A stretch of 64,000 bases of DNA, taken from positions 896,001 to 960,000 of the forward strand of contig CAVYGB010000010.1 of NCBI GenBank assembly GCA_963767925.1, in the 5' to 3' direction. Below, piece after piece: positions 1-9,387 of the stretch (the first letter of the stretch is position 1; each line of letters begins with the position of its first letter). The DNA is from an uncultured delta proteobacterium (GTDB lineage: Bacteria; Myxococcota_A; Polyangia; Fen-1088). Position numbers and translations under genes: made by a program. The notes below the pieces were generated by a model, which saw only the letters and a program-made list of their open reading frames with translations, had not been told where the DNA came from and searched no databases.

Positions 1-1
1 G

Positions 2-1291
2 CAGCGGGCGCTGCAGGTCCTCGACATCGCCGACGAGCGGATCCAGCGGGCGCGCAAGGTGAGCATCTCCTGGGTCTCCTTCCAGCCGGTGCCGAAGCGC
101 CACCGGGAGATCATCGGCGAGGCGGACTTCGCCCGGCTGCTGCGCGACGAGGACGCCACCGTGGTGCGGGTCACGAGCGAGAAGCTCGTCACCTACGTGC
201 CCCTGCACGTCGGCCCGATCATCGAGGGGGCGATGGAGATCTCCGAGCAGCAGTCCCCCTCGCAGCAGCGCTGGCGCGACGAGGTGACGGGCATGTTGAC
301 CCGCACCGCCACCGGCGCGGCGATGTCGATCCTGGCGGTGAGCGCCCTGGGGTTCGTGCTGGTGGGGCGGCCCATGCGGCGGCTCAGCGAGTTCGCCAAG
401 CGGATCGGGGCCGGCGACCTGCGGGGCGAGCTGCGCATCCGCCAGCGCGACGAGATCGGCGAGCTGGCCGAGGAGATGAACCAGATGTGCCGCCGCCTCG
501 AGCTGGCCGATCAGCGCCTGCGCGAGGAGACGGCGGCCCGCATCGGCGCGCTCGAGCAGCTCCGCCACGCCGATCGGCTCAAGACGGTGGGCACCCTGGC
601 CTCGGGCATCGCCCACGAGCTCGGCACCCCCCTCAACGTTGTGTCGGGGCGGGCCAAGATGGTGTCGAGCGGCGAGGTGATCGGGGAGGAGGCCCGGGAG
701 AGCTGCCAGATCATCGTCGACCAGGTCGACCGCATCGCCCGCATCATCCGCCAGCTCCTCGACTTCGCCCGCCGCCGCTCGCCCGATCGGGGGCCCTGTC
801 TGCTGGCCAGGCTGGCCGGCCAGACCTTGACCCTGCTCGAGCCGATGGCGGTCAAGCGCGGGGTCATCCTCGTGCTCGAGGAGAAGGACAGCAGCGTGCA
901 GGCCGACGTCGACGCCGCGCAGATCCAGCAGGCCCTGGCCAACCTGGTGGTCAACGGGGTGCAGGCGATGGACCGGGGGGGCCGCCTGTCGGTGTCTATC
1001 GCGCGCAGCGAGGCCCGCCCGCCGGCCGACATCGCGCCGGCGCCGGGGGGGTACGCCTGCCTGGCGGTCGAGGACCAGGGCCAGGGCATCCCGCCCGAGC
1101 TCGTCCCCCGGGTGTTCGAGCCCTTCTTCACCACCAAGGACGTCGGTCAGGGGACCGGGCTCGGCCTCTCGGTCGCCTTCGGCATCGCCCGCGACCACGG
1201 CGGCTGGATAGCGGTCGACAGCACACCGGGTCAGGGCAGCCGCTTCGAGCTGTTCCTGCCCCTGGGAAAGCCGGGGGAGCCGGCGGCCTGA
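2..1291 (+). CDS. Sensor histidine kinase (TM-HAMP-HisKA-HATPase), 5' end outside window
   Basis: HAMP 'RDEIGELAEEMNQM', H-box 'GIAHELGTPL', N-box 'NLVVNGVQAM', 'DQGQGI', 'FEPFFTTK..GTGLGL'. The frame is open from position 2. Confidence 0.93.
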   Translation, partial: QRALQVLDIADERIQRARKVSISWVSFQPVPKRHREIIGEADFARLLRDEDATVVRVTSEKLVTYVPLHVGPIIEGAMEISEQQSPSQQRWRDEVTGMLTRTATGAAMSILAVSALGFVLVGRPMRRLSEFAKRIGAGDLRGELRIRQRDEIGELAEEMNQMCRRLELADQRLREETAARIGALEQLRHADRLKTVGTLASGIAHELGTPLNVVSGRAKMVSSGEVIGEEARESCQIIVDQVDRIARIIRQLLDFARRRSPDRGPCLLARLAGQTLTLLEPMAVKRGVILVLEEKDSSVQADVDAAQIQQALANLVVNGVQAMDRGGRLSVSIARSEARPPADIAPAPGGYACLAVEDQGQGIPPELVPRVFEPFFTTKDVGQGTGLGLSVAFGIARDHGGWIAVDSTPGQGSRFELFLPLGKPGEPAA

Positions 1292-1363
1292 CAATCGCGT
1301 GACGAAAATCGGCGTCTGCCCCGAACCAACGGGGACAGGGCCAAGGCCCCTCGGGAGACCGCC

Positions 1364-3124
1364 ATGACTTCACAGACAGACGCAGCCGGCCCGGCCGGCG
1401 TCACGCTCCGACGACGTTCCCGCTGGCTGCGCGGTGCGCACGCCGCGCTCATGGCGGGCCTGGGGCTGGCCTGCGCCACGCAGGGCGGAGGGGCCGGGCC
1501 AGGGGGCGCCGACGCCGTCCTGGTGGCAAACGACTCGGGGGAGGCCGACGCCGGCGCGGCCGACGGCCCGGCGCCGGGAGAGCCGGACGCCCCCGTGCCC
1601 GACGCGGAGCCCCTGCCCCCGCCACCTGCGACCGGCGGGCCCTACAGCACCTGGGTCTACCCGGGGCCCGACGGCAAGCTCGTCTACCGCAAGGACCCGC
1701 AGGGCAACCGGGTGCCGGACTTCTCCCACGCTGGTTTCCGGGGCGGCGGGGTCGCCTTGCCAGAGGTGGCGGTGGTGCAGACGCTGGGGCCGGAGGCCAG
1801 CGGCGACGACGGGCCCCGCATCCAGGCGGCCCTCGACACCCTGGCGGCGCGCCCCCTCGACGAGCGGGGGTTCCGGGGGGCGCTGCTGCTGACCCGGGGT
1901 CTCTACCGCATCGCTACCAGCATCCTGGTCAACGCCAGCGGCATCGTCCTGCGCGGCGAGGGCCAGGGCCCCGACGGCACCGTGTTGCTGGCCACCGGCG
2001 CGACCCAGCGCTCGCTGGTGCAGCTCCGGGGCAGCGGGAGCCTGGCCGAGGTGCCGGGCTCGCGGCGCACCCTCACCGAGGATCATGTGCCGGTTGGCGC
2101 TGCCAGCTTCCTGGTCGACGACGCCTCCGGCTTCGCGGTGGGCGACACGGTGGTGGTGCACCGCCCGACCACCCAGGCCTGGGTGGACCACGTCGGCATG
2201 GACTCCTGCCTGACGGTCGACACGCCTTACGACACCGGGGACAGCAACGGCAGCACCTGCCTCGACAACCCCTGGGCGGTCGGGTCGAAGGACCTGCGCT
2301 TCGATCGGATCGTCACCGCCGTCGAGGGCAACCGGATCACCGTCGACGTGCCCCTGGTCAACGTCCTGGAGAAGGCCTTCGGGGGCGCCACCATCTACAA
2401 ATACAGCGACCCCGGGCGCATCTCCCAGGTCGCGGTGGAGAACCTGCGCGGCGACAGCGAGTTCGTCGCGCCCGACGACGAGCTGCACGGCTGGAGCTTC
2501 ATCGAGGTGCGGGCGGCCAAGAACGCCTGGGTCCGCGACATCACCGCCCTGCACTACGGGTACGCCGCCGTCACCGTGATCGGCAACTCCAAGTGGGTGA
2601 CGGTGCAGGACTCGACCAGCCTGGAGCCGGTCTCCCAGATCACGGGCGGGCGCCGCTACACCTTCAACGTCGACGACAGCCAGATGGTGCTGTTCCAGCG
2701 CAACAGCGCCACAACCGGCCGCCACGACTTCGTGCAGGGCTCCAACGTGCCCGGGCCCAACGTGTTCCTGGCCGGGACGGCGATCGACGCGCGCGACGAC
2801 ATCGGCCCCCACCACCGCTGGTCGGCGGGCGGCCTGTACGACGGCATCGTGAGCAACCGATCGATCCGCATCCGCAACCGGGGCAACTCCGGCACCGGCC
2901 ACGGCTGGGCAGGGGCGAGCATCGTGGTCTGGAACTCGAAGGCCCCCACCATCCTCGTGCAGAACCCGCCCGGGGCCCACAACTGGGCCATCGGCTGCGA
3001 GAGCGCCCAGATGGGCAACGGCCACTGGGACGCGGTGGGCACCCCCGTGACCCCGAAGAGCCTTTACCTGCAGCAGCTCAGCGATCGGCTTGGCCCGGAG
3101 GCCGTGCAGGCGATCTCGCGCTGA
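1364..3124 (+). CDS. Secreted lipoprotein, probable right-handed beta-helix (pectin-lyase fold) polysaccharide-active enzyme
   Basis: Lipobox 'LGLAC', Asp/Pro/Ala linker, then 'PDFSHAGFRGGG', 'DDGPRIQAALD', 'GIVLRGEG', typical of beta-helix N-termini. Strong codon bias. Confidence 0.6.
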   Translation: MTSQTDAAGPAGVTLRRRSRWLRGAHAALMAGLGLACATQGGGAGPGGADAVLVANDSGEADAGAADGPAPGEPDAPVPDAEPLPPPPATGGPYSTWVYPGPDGKLVYRKDPQGNRVPDFSHAGFRGGGVALPEVAVVQTLGPEASGDDGPRIQAALDTLAARPLDERGFRGALLLTRGLYRIATSILVNASGIVLRGEGQGPDGTVLLATGATQRSLVQLRGSGSLAEVPGSRRTLTEDHVPVGAASFLVDDASGFAVGDTVVVHRPTTQAWVDHVGMDSCLTVDTPYDTGDSNGSTCLDNPWAVGSKDLRFDRIVTAVEGNRITVDVPLVNVLEKAFGGATIYKYSDPGRISQVAVENLRGDSEFVAPDDELHGWSFIEVRAAKNAWVRDITALHYGYAAVTVIGNSKWVTVQDSTSLEPVSQITGGRRYTFNVDDSQMVLFQRNSATTGRHDFVQGSNVPGPNVFLAGTAIDARDDIGPHHRWSAGGLYDGIVSNRSIRIRNRGNSGTGHGWAGASIVVWNSKAPTILVQNPPGAHNWAIGCESAQMGNGHWDAVGTPVTPKSLYLQQLSDRLGPEAVQAISR

Positions 3125-3293
3125 ACATCGCGTCGGACGCCGGCGCGCGTGCTTGCCGGATCCCATCGCCGGGGGCACAGTGCCGTTCGGTGGGGCAGCC
3201 CGGCGCCTGTTTGCCCGCCGGGGCTCGCACCTCGCCCTGATCTTGGCGGGGGCTAGGACCTTGCCCTACGGAAATCACCGGGACCGCCGATAG

Positions 3294-3893
3294 ATGGTCT
3301 CCATGACACGCACGTTGCGCGACGGGGCGCGGACCCTGGTCGCCCTGATCGCCACCTCGCCGCTCCTGCCCGCCGGCCTGGCCTGCGCCCCGGCGAGCGA
3401 CCCTGGTGGCGGCACCGACGGCCCCGGCCGCCCCCGCGACGGCGGCGGCAGCGACGCCGCCAGCAACCCCACCGACGCCGCCTCCTTCGCGGCGGCCAAC
3501 ACGATCGCCTGCCAGCATCTCAAGAGCGGGCCCTTCTCGCCCGCCACCGGCAAGCTGATGTTCACCTACACCGACCCCGGCCCGGCCATCGACAACAGCG
3601 CCAAGGCCTTCCGCCTCACCCTGCCCGACCCGCCCAAAGCGGGCCACTTCGGCTTCAAGGTGCCCTCGGCCGGCGAGTGGGTGATCTTCACCAGCCGCTC
3701 GGTCGCCGTGCAGGTCTACACCTGGGACGGCTCCCCCCTCCAGCCCAAGGGCGTCGCCGGCAGCGTCGCCGAATGCACCGAGGTGAAAGACCGCGAGTCC
3801 TTCGACCTCACCACCGACACGAAACCCCACGTCATCCGCTTCGGCGGCGACAGCCCCGGCACCGTCGACGTCGTGATCACCGCCGGCCCCTGA
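3294..3893 (+). CDS. Hypothetical lipoprotein
   Basis: Lipobox 'AGLAC', DGG/DA linker, beta-rich C-terminal domain with two Cys, strong GC3 bias. Confidence 0.7.
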   Translation: MVSMTRTLRDGARTLVALIATSPLLPAGLACAPASDPGGGTDGPGRPRDGGGSDAASNPTDAASFAAANTIACQHLKSGPFSPATGKLMFTYTDPGPAIDNSAKAFRLTLPDPPKAGHFGFKVPSAGEWVIFTSRSVAVQVYTWDGSPLQPKGVAGSVAECTEVKDRESFDLTTDTKPHVIRFGGDSPGTVDVVITAGP

Positions 3894-4204
3894 ACGAACG
3901 CCGACCTCAGGGTCGGCCATTGCGCCGAAGCACCCTCGTCGTTCAGGGCGGGGCGAGGCGGCCGCGAAGCAGCGCCGAAACTCGGCGTCCACCTTCGACC
4001 CGTGCTCATCGCCGAGCTCCGGGTCGGCGAGGCGCATGCGCTGCTCGCGGATCACCCCTGTTATCACGACGGTCAAGTCGACGAGCTGTCCCGGCAGGTT
4101 CGAGCGAACGACCATCTGCTCGCCGCACGCCTGAACGCGCCGGGAGCCCAGGATGGTGGCCTCGACATGGCGGCCGAGCGATCTGGGATCGGAGGTCACG
4201 CCGG

Positions 4205-4646
4205 AAAGCGGTCGCCGGCGTCCCTGCGGTTCCAGCTGTCATTGCGCTGGTCATCCGGGCCTTCGGATTCGGGCTCCATTTGGCGGTGGTGCTCGCGGGC
4301 GCATTCGGCTGGGTCATCGCCCTGGCGTTGCGCCCTGCGGTGGCGGCGCTCGCGAAGCGTATGGGCGAGGGGTCGGGCCTTGCAGGCGGTCGTGGTGGGC
4401 GCGTCGGGGCCGCTCGAAGAGAGCGTGCGGTTGCTGGTCCTGATCTCCTGCGCGCGATCGGTCGAAGCTGCCCTTTCAGTCGGATTCGGGTGGGCGACCA
4501 TCGAGGTGGCTTTCACCCTGGCCGGTTCGGTCATCACGCGGTTGCTGCGCAGTCGGGTGGGCCATGGGGCGCGCGAGAGAGCGCGGGATGTCGCCCTGCT
4601 TCACGCGCGTGACAAGGGGCGAGCTTCCGTCGTAGGAGGGGCGTGA
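4205..4646 (+). pseudogene. Fragment of a YhfC/PrsW-like intramembrane glutamic protease, frameshifted
   Basis: Hydrophobic 'AVVLAGAFGWVIALALRP' in one frame and 'SGPLEESVR...GFGWATIE' (EExxR and GxGxxxxE motifs) in another. The frames join at a G-run near 4369-4372. No clear start and a short C-terminus. Confidence 0.5.
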
Positions 4647-4896
4647 GGGGCGCCCGAAAAACGATGGCCCGGAGGTGACACTCCGGGCCGTCGAGTGGAT
4701 CGACCAAAGCAGGATCGAGCCACCCCGCGACTTGATTCGCACGATCCGGCGTTGAGGTCCACAGCGGCGCACGTCGCCGCTTGGACTTTTGGGTTCTGCT
4801 TCTCCGTCGGTGCGCCCTGTGCGAGGGCGACTTTCTGCTTTGCCGGGATACCCCCGGGTTCTCGCCTCCCTGACGGTGCGGCGGCAGGGAGCCAAG

Positions 4897-6039
4897 TCAA
4901 AACAGCTTGAGCTGGTCACCCGCCGCTGGAGGCACGCGGAAGAGGTCGGTGCGGAGAGGGGCGGTTCGGGCGCCGAAGCCGAGGCGGGTGCTGGCGGCTT
5001 CGAAGCGGCGGTCTAGGAGCTGGGCGTAGGGGCCGGTGCCGCGCATGCGGACGCCCCAGCGGGCGTCGTAGAGCTGGCCGCCGCGGGCCTGGCGGATGAG
5101 GGAGAGGACGTGGTCCTTGCGGTCGGGGAAGTGTTCTTGTAGCCAGCCTTCGAAGAGGTCCTTGATCTCGAGGGGGAGGCGGACGAAGACGTAGCCGGCC
5201 TGGCGGGCGCCGGCCGCGTGGCAGGCCTGCAGGATGCGCTCGAGCTCGTTGTCGTTGATGGCCGGGATCATCGGGGCGGCGAGCACGCCCACCGGGACGC
5301 CGGCGGCGGCGAGGGCGGCGATGGCCTCCAGCCGGCGCTCGGGGGTGGCGGCACGCGGCTCCATCTTGCGGGCCAGGGTGCGATCGAGGCTGGTCACCGA
5401 GAGGAAGACGCTGGCCAGGCCCTCGGCGGCGAGGGGGGCCAGCAGGTCGAGGTCGCGGGTGACGAGCTGGCCCTTGGTGACGATGCTGACCGGGTGGCGG
5501 AACTCGAGGAACACCTCGAGCAGGGCGCGGGTGATGCCGAGGGTGCGTTCGGTCGGCTGGTAGGGGTCGGTGTTGGCGCCCAGCACGGTGACCTCCGGCC
5601 GGTAGCCGGGCTTGCGGAAGGCCTCGCGCAGGCGCTGCGGGGCCTCGGGCTTCGAGAAGATGCGGCTCTCGAAGTCGAGCCCGGGCGACAGGTCCAGGTA
5701 GGCGTGGGTCGGGCGGGCGAAGCAGTAGACGCAGCCGTGCTCGCAGCCCTTGTAAGGGTTGATCGAGGCGGCGAAGGGGACGTCGGGCGAGTCGTTGTGG
5801 CTGAGGATCGAGCGGGAGCGCTCGGGGGTGACCGAGGTCTTCAGCGGCGGGGGCGGCTCGTCGCCCGCGCCCCAGCCGTCGTCGAGCGGATCGAGGGACT
5901 CCCGCACCACCGGCAGGTAGCGGGGCGCCGGGTTGAGGGTCGCGCCCCGCCCCGTGCGCGACTCCGGATGTTTCGAGCGGCGTTCGTTCATCCCCATCCC
6001 CCTGGCCGGCGGCGGGGCGTCCGGGCGGACGCTCCGCAT
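4897..6039 (-). CDS. Radical SAM protein, PA0069/Rv2578c (spore-photoproduct-lyase-like) family
   Basis: 'SINPYKGCEHGCVYCFARPTH' CxxxCxxC, 'GANTDPYQP', 'MEPRAATP', C-terminal 'QLKLF'. Start is 6039 or 5991; the longer ORF call overlaps the next gene. Confidence 0.9.
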   Translation of the reverse strand: MRSVRPDAPPPARGMGMNERRSKHPESRTGRGATLNPAPRYLPVVRESLDPLDDGWGAGDEPPPPLKTSVTPERSRSILSHNDSPDVPFAASINPYKGCEHGCVYCFARPTHAYLDLSPGLDFESRIFSKPEAPQRLREAFRKPGYRPEVTVLGANTDPYQPTERTLGITRALLEVFLEFRHPVSIVTKGQLVTRDLDLLAPLAAEGLASVFLSVTSLDRTLARKMEPRAATPERRLEAIAALAAAGVPVGVLAAPMIPAINDNELERILQACHAAGARQAGYVFVRLPLEIKDLFEGWLQEHFPDRKDHVLSLIRQARGGQLYDARWGVRMRGTGPYAQLLDRRFEAASTRLGFGARTAPLRTDLFRVPPAAGDQLKLF

Positions 6040-6099
6040 GACTGAACAAATGATCAGCTTAGCACGGTGGGTGGGCGACCGGCGTAATATCGGCGCCTC

Positions 6100-7257
6100 A
6101 TGACCAGGAAGAAGCTTCGCGCCGGGATCATCGGCAGCGGCATGATGGGCCCCATCCACACCGAGGCCCTGCGCCGGCTCGGCTACGTCGAGGTGGTGGC
6201 GCTCGCCGAGGTGGACGAGGCGGCGGCCCGGGCCAAGGCCGACGCCCTGGAGATCCCCCGGTCCTACGGCGACTACCGGGCGCTCATCGCCGACCCGGAG
6301 GTGCAGGTGGTGCACAACTGCACCCCCAACGCGGTTCACTTCGAGGTGTCACGGGCCATCCTCGCCGCCGGCAAACACGTGATCTCGGAGAAGCCGCTGG
6401 CGCGCACGGCGGCCGAGTCCCGCCAGCTCGTCGAGCTGGCCGCCCGGGCCGGCGTGGTCCACGCCATCCACTTCAACTACCGCAACTACGCCCTCGTGCA
6501 GCAGATGCGGGCGATGGTCAAGTCGGGGGAGCTGGGCCGGCTGTTCCTGGCCCACGGCGCCTACCTGCAGGACTGGCTGATCCTCGAGACCGACTACAAC
6601 TGGCGGGTCGAGAGCGCGGCGGGGGGCGACTCGCGCGCGGTGGCCGACATCGGCAGCCACTGGTTCGACACCGTCCAGTTCATCACCGGCGATCCGGTTG
6701 TCGAGGTGCTCGGCGACCTCACCATCGTCCATCCCACCCGCAAGAAGCCCGGCCGCCCGATCGAGACCTTCGCCGGCAAGACCCTCAGCCCGGCCGACTA
6801 CACCGACGTGCCGGTCGCCACCGAGGACTGCGCCACCGTCCTGTTCCGCACGCGCAGCGGGGTCCCCGGCTCGGTGGTCATCAGCCAGGTCTCGGCCGGC
6901 CGCAAGAACCGCTTCGGGTTCGAGCTCGACTTCGCCCGCGGCGCCCTGAGCTGGAACCAGGAGGAGCCCAACACGCTCTGGATCGGCCGGCGCGAGGTGG
7001 CCAACCAGAGCCTCATCAAGGACGCCTCGCTGATGCACCCCGAGGCCCGCCCCTTCACCCACTACCCGGGCGGGCACCCCGAGGGGTACGCCGAGGGGCC
7101 CCTCAACCTGTTCGCGCAGGTCTACGCGTACATCGAGGCGGGCGGCAAGGGCCCCCCACCCTTCTCGACCTTCCAGGACGGCCACGACGAGATCGCGATC
7201 TGCGACGCCATCCTCGCCAGCCACCGCACCCGGAGCTGGACCAAGGTGGCGTACTGA
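6100..7257 (+). CDS. Gfo/Idh/MocA family oxidoreductase
   Basis: 'GIIGSGMMG', 'HVISEKPLA', 'DIGSHWFD'. Confidence 0.93.
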   Translation: MTRKKLRAGIIGSGMMGPIHTEALRRLGYVEVVALAEVDEAAARAKADALEIPRSYGDYRALIADPEVQVVHNCTPNAVHFEVSRAILAAGKHVISEKPLARTAAESRQLVELAARAGVVHAIHFNYRNYALVQQMRAMVKSGELGRLFLAHGAYLQDWLILETDYNWRVESAAGGDSRAVADIGSHWFDTVQFITGDPVVEVLGDLTIVHPTRKKPGRPIETFAGKTLSPADYTDVPVATEDCATVLFRTRSGVPGSVVISQVSAGRKNRFGFELDFARGALSWNQEEPNTLWIGRREVANQSLIKDASLMHPEARPFTHYPGGHPEGYAEGPLNLFAQVYAYIEAGGKGPPPFSTFQDGHDEIAICDAILASHRTRSWTKVAY

Positions 7258-7339
7258 TTCGCGGCACGCCCTGGACCCGCACCCGCTTCGGGTGGAACAT
7301 CGCCTCCACGGATCCGTGGTACGACGGGGGAACACACCG

Positions 7340-9370
7340 ATGACTTACCGTCCCAGCCTGTCGCGCGTGTCGAAGCAGAGGCCGCTTCATCTGATGCTCG
7401 CCTCGGTGGCGGCTGCCGGGCTGCTCGCGGGCTGCCCGGCCAGCTCGTCGATGGACGGCGGCCCGCCGCCCGGTCCGGGCGCCGGCGGCGCCGGTCCCCC
7501 CGGGGCCGGGCCCCCGTCCCAGCCGGGTCCGGTCCCCGGCACCGGCGGCGCCGCGCCCGCGCCCGGAGTCGGCGCGCCCGGCGTCCCGATCCCACCTCCC
7601 GGTGGCAATGGCGGCGCCGGCGGGGCCCCGCCCCCTGCGCAGCCACCCGGCGGCACACCGCTGCCCCCCACCCCGGGCGCCCCGGGCATCCCACCCGCGC
7701 CGCCGACGCCGGCGCCGCCCCCACCGGTCGGCCCGGGGGTGCTCATGCGCGGCTACGACCTCAAGCGCACCCACGCCAACACCTTCGAGACCGCGCTCAC
7801 CCCGGCCCGGGTCGGCGCGGACACCTTCGGCAAGCTGTACTGCAAGGCGGTCGACGGCGAGATCTACGGCCAGATCCTCTACCTGCCCGCCTTCGACTTC
7901 GGCCCCCGGGGCAAGAAGAACGCGCTCGTCGTCGTGACGATGCGCAACCAGGTCTACGTGCTGGACGCCGACGATCCCTCGGCGCCCCCCCTCTGGCAAA
8001 AGGGCTTCGGCGTCCCCGTGGGCCCGGCCCGCACGCTGTCGCCGGGCACCTGCAACCCCTACCTCGACATCTCGCAGTGGGTGGGCATCACCTCGACGCC
8101 CGCGGTGGACCTGGCGAGCGGCACCATCTACTTCGTGGCCCGCACCAGCGCCGGGGGCACGCACCAGCAGCGCCTGTACGCCCAGAGCCTTGTCGACGGC
8201 AGCGAGCGGGTGCCGCCGGTCGACCTCACCGCGCTGATGCCCGGCAGCGGCGCCGGCAGCGTCAACGGCATGTTGCGCTTCCGCACCGACCGCCAGAACC
8301 AGCGGACGGCGCTGCTCCTGCACGACGGCATCGTCTACATCGCCTGGGCGTCCTTCTGCGACGCCCAGCCCTACCACGGCTGGATCCTCGGCTACGACGC
8401 CAGGACCCTCGAGCAGCGGGTGGTCTTCAACACGACGCCGACCGGGACCGCCGGCGGCATCTGGATGTCGGGCAGCGGCCTTGCGGTCGACGACGACGGC
8501 ACGTTTTATCTCACCACCGGCAACGGCAGCGCCGATCTCGCGGGGGGCAGCAACTACGGCGAGGCCTTCCTGAAGCTGCGCCGGCAGGGCGGCACCTTGC
8601 AAGTGGCCGACTGGTTCATCCCCAAGAACTACTGCTTCCTCGAGCGGGAGGATCGGGACCTCGGCTCGGCCGGCGTGTTGCTGGTCCCCGGGACCAACCT
8701 CGTCCTCGGCGGCGGCAAGGACGGCAAGGTCTACGTCGTCGACAAGACCAACATGGGCAAATACGGCGGCCCGATGGGGGCCTGCGGGGCCAACGCCCCG
8801 GCCAGCCCCCCCGGGACCGACCGCGTGGTGCAGATTATGAACGTGGCGCCCACCAGCAACCCGGCCCTGGCCCACAACCACTCGACCCCCGTGTACTGGA
8901 AGAGCCAGGCCGGCACCTTCATCTACACCTGGGCCGAGGAGGACCACCTGCAGCAGTGGCGGCTGGAGGACGGCCGCCTGACGCTGTTCAAGCGCAGCGC
9001 GATCAAGGCGCCCGACGAGGGCCCCGGTGGCCAGCCGGGCGGCCCTCCCACCTACACCATGCCCGGCGGCACCATGGCCCTCAGCGCCAACGGCGACCGC
9101 ACCGACAGCGGCATCATCTGGGTCACCATGCCGATCCGGAGCAGCGCCAACAACGCCGTGGTGCCGGGGGTGGTGCGGGCCTTCGACGCCAGCGACGTCA
9201 GCAAGCCCGAGCTGTGGAACAGCCAGGCCAACGCCGCCCGCGACGCGATAACCAACTACGCCAAGTTCAACCCGGTGACGGTCTACAACGGCAAGGTCTT
9301 CGTCCCCACCTTCAAGAACCCCGAGGGCACCAACCAGTTCTGCGCCTTCGGCCCGTTCGGCGGCAAGTAG
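7340..9370 (+). CDS. Lipoprotein with long Pro/Gly linker and PQQ-type beta-propeller domain
   Basis: Lipobox 'LLAGC', ~95-aa Pro/Gly tract, then 'GITSTPAVD', 'YHGWILGYDA', 'GGIWMSGSG', 'DLGSAG', 'GKDGKVY', 'AKFNPVTVYNGKVF'. Confidence 0.75.
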   Translation: MTYRPSLSRVSKQRPLHLMLASVAAAGLLAGCPASSSMDGGPPPGPGAGGAGPPGAGPPSQPGPVPGTGGAAPAPGVGAPGVPIPPPGGNGGAGGAPPPAQPPGGTPLPPTPGAPGIPPAPPTPAPPPPVGPGVLMRGYDLKRTHANTFETALTPARVGADTFGKLYCKAVDGEIYGQILYLPAFDFGPRGKKNALVVVTMRNQVYVLDADDPSAPPLWQKGFGVPVGPARTLSPGTCNPYLDISQWVGITSTPAVDLASGTIYFVARTSAGGTHQQRLYAQSLVDGSERVPPVDLTALMPGSGAGSVNGMLRFRTDRQNQRTALLLHDGIVYIAWASFCDAQPYHGWILGYDARTLEQRVVFNTTPTGTAGGIWMSGSGLAVDDDGTFYLTTGNGSADLAGGSNYGEAFLKLRRQGGTLQVADWFIPKNYCFLEREDRDLGSAGVLLVPGTNLVLGGGKDGKVYVVDKTNMGKYGGPMGACGANAPASPPGTDRVVQIMNVAPTSNPALAHNHSTPVYWKSQAGTFIYTWAEEDHLQQWRLEDGRLTLFKRSAIKAPDEGPGGQPGGPPTYTMPGGTMALSANGDRTDSGIIWVTMPIRSSANNAVVPGVVRAFDASDVSKPELWNSQANAARDAITNYAKFNPVTVYNGKVFVPTFKNPEGTNQFCAFGPFGGK

Positions 9371-9387
9371 CGGCCGGGATCGGACCC

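Noticed and set aside
4780..4850. c-di-GMP-I riboswitch-like words (CGCACAGGGC, GGCAAAG, GAAA) on the minus strand
   Set aside because: The order and pairing of GGCAAA-stem-GAAA-stem-GACGCAAAG are not met, and no intact gene follows.
7460..7735. Collagen-like repeat in the Pro/Gly tract
   Set aside because: No sustained Gly-X-Y periodicity. It is an ordinary low-complexity lipoprotein linker.
8077..9387. N-terminal half of the 941-aa ORF
   Set aside because: Alternative frame of the PQQ-propeller gene. Protein-like sequence starts near 9388.
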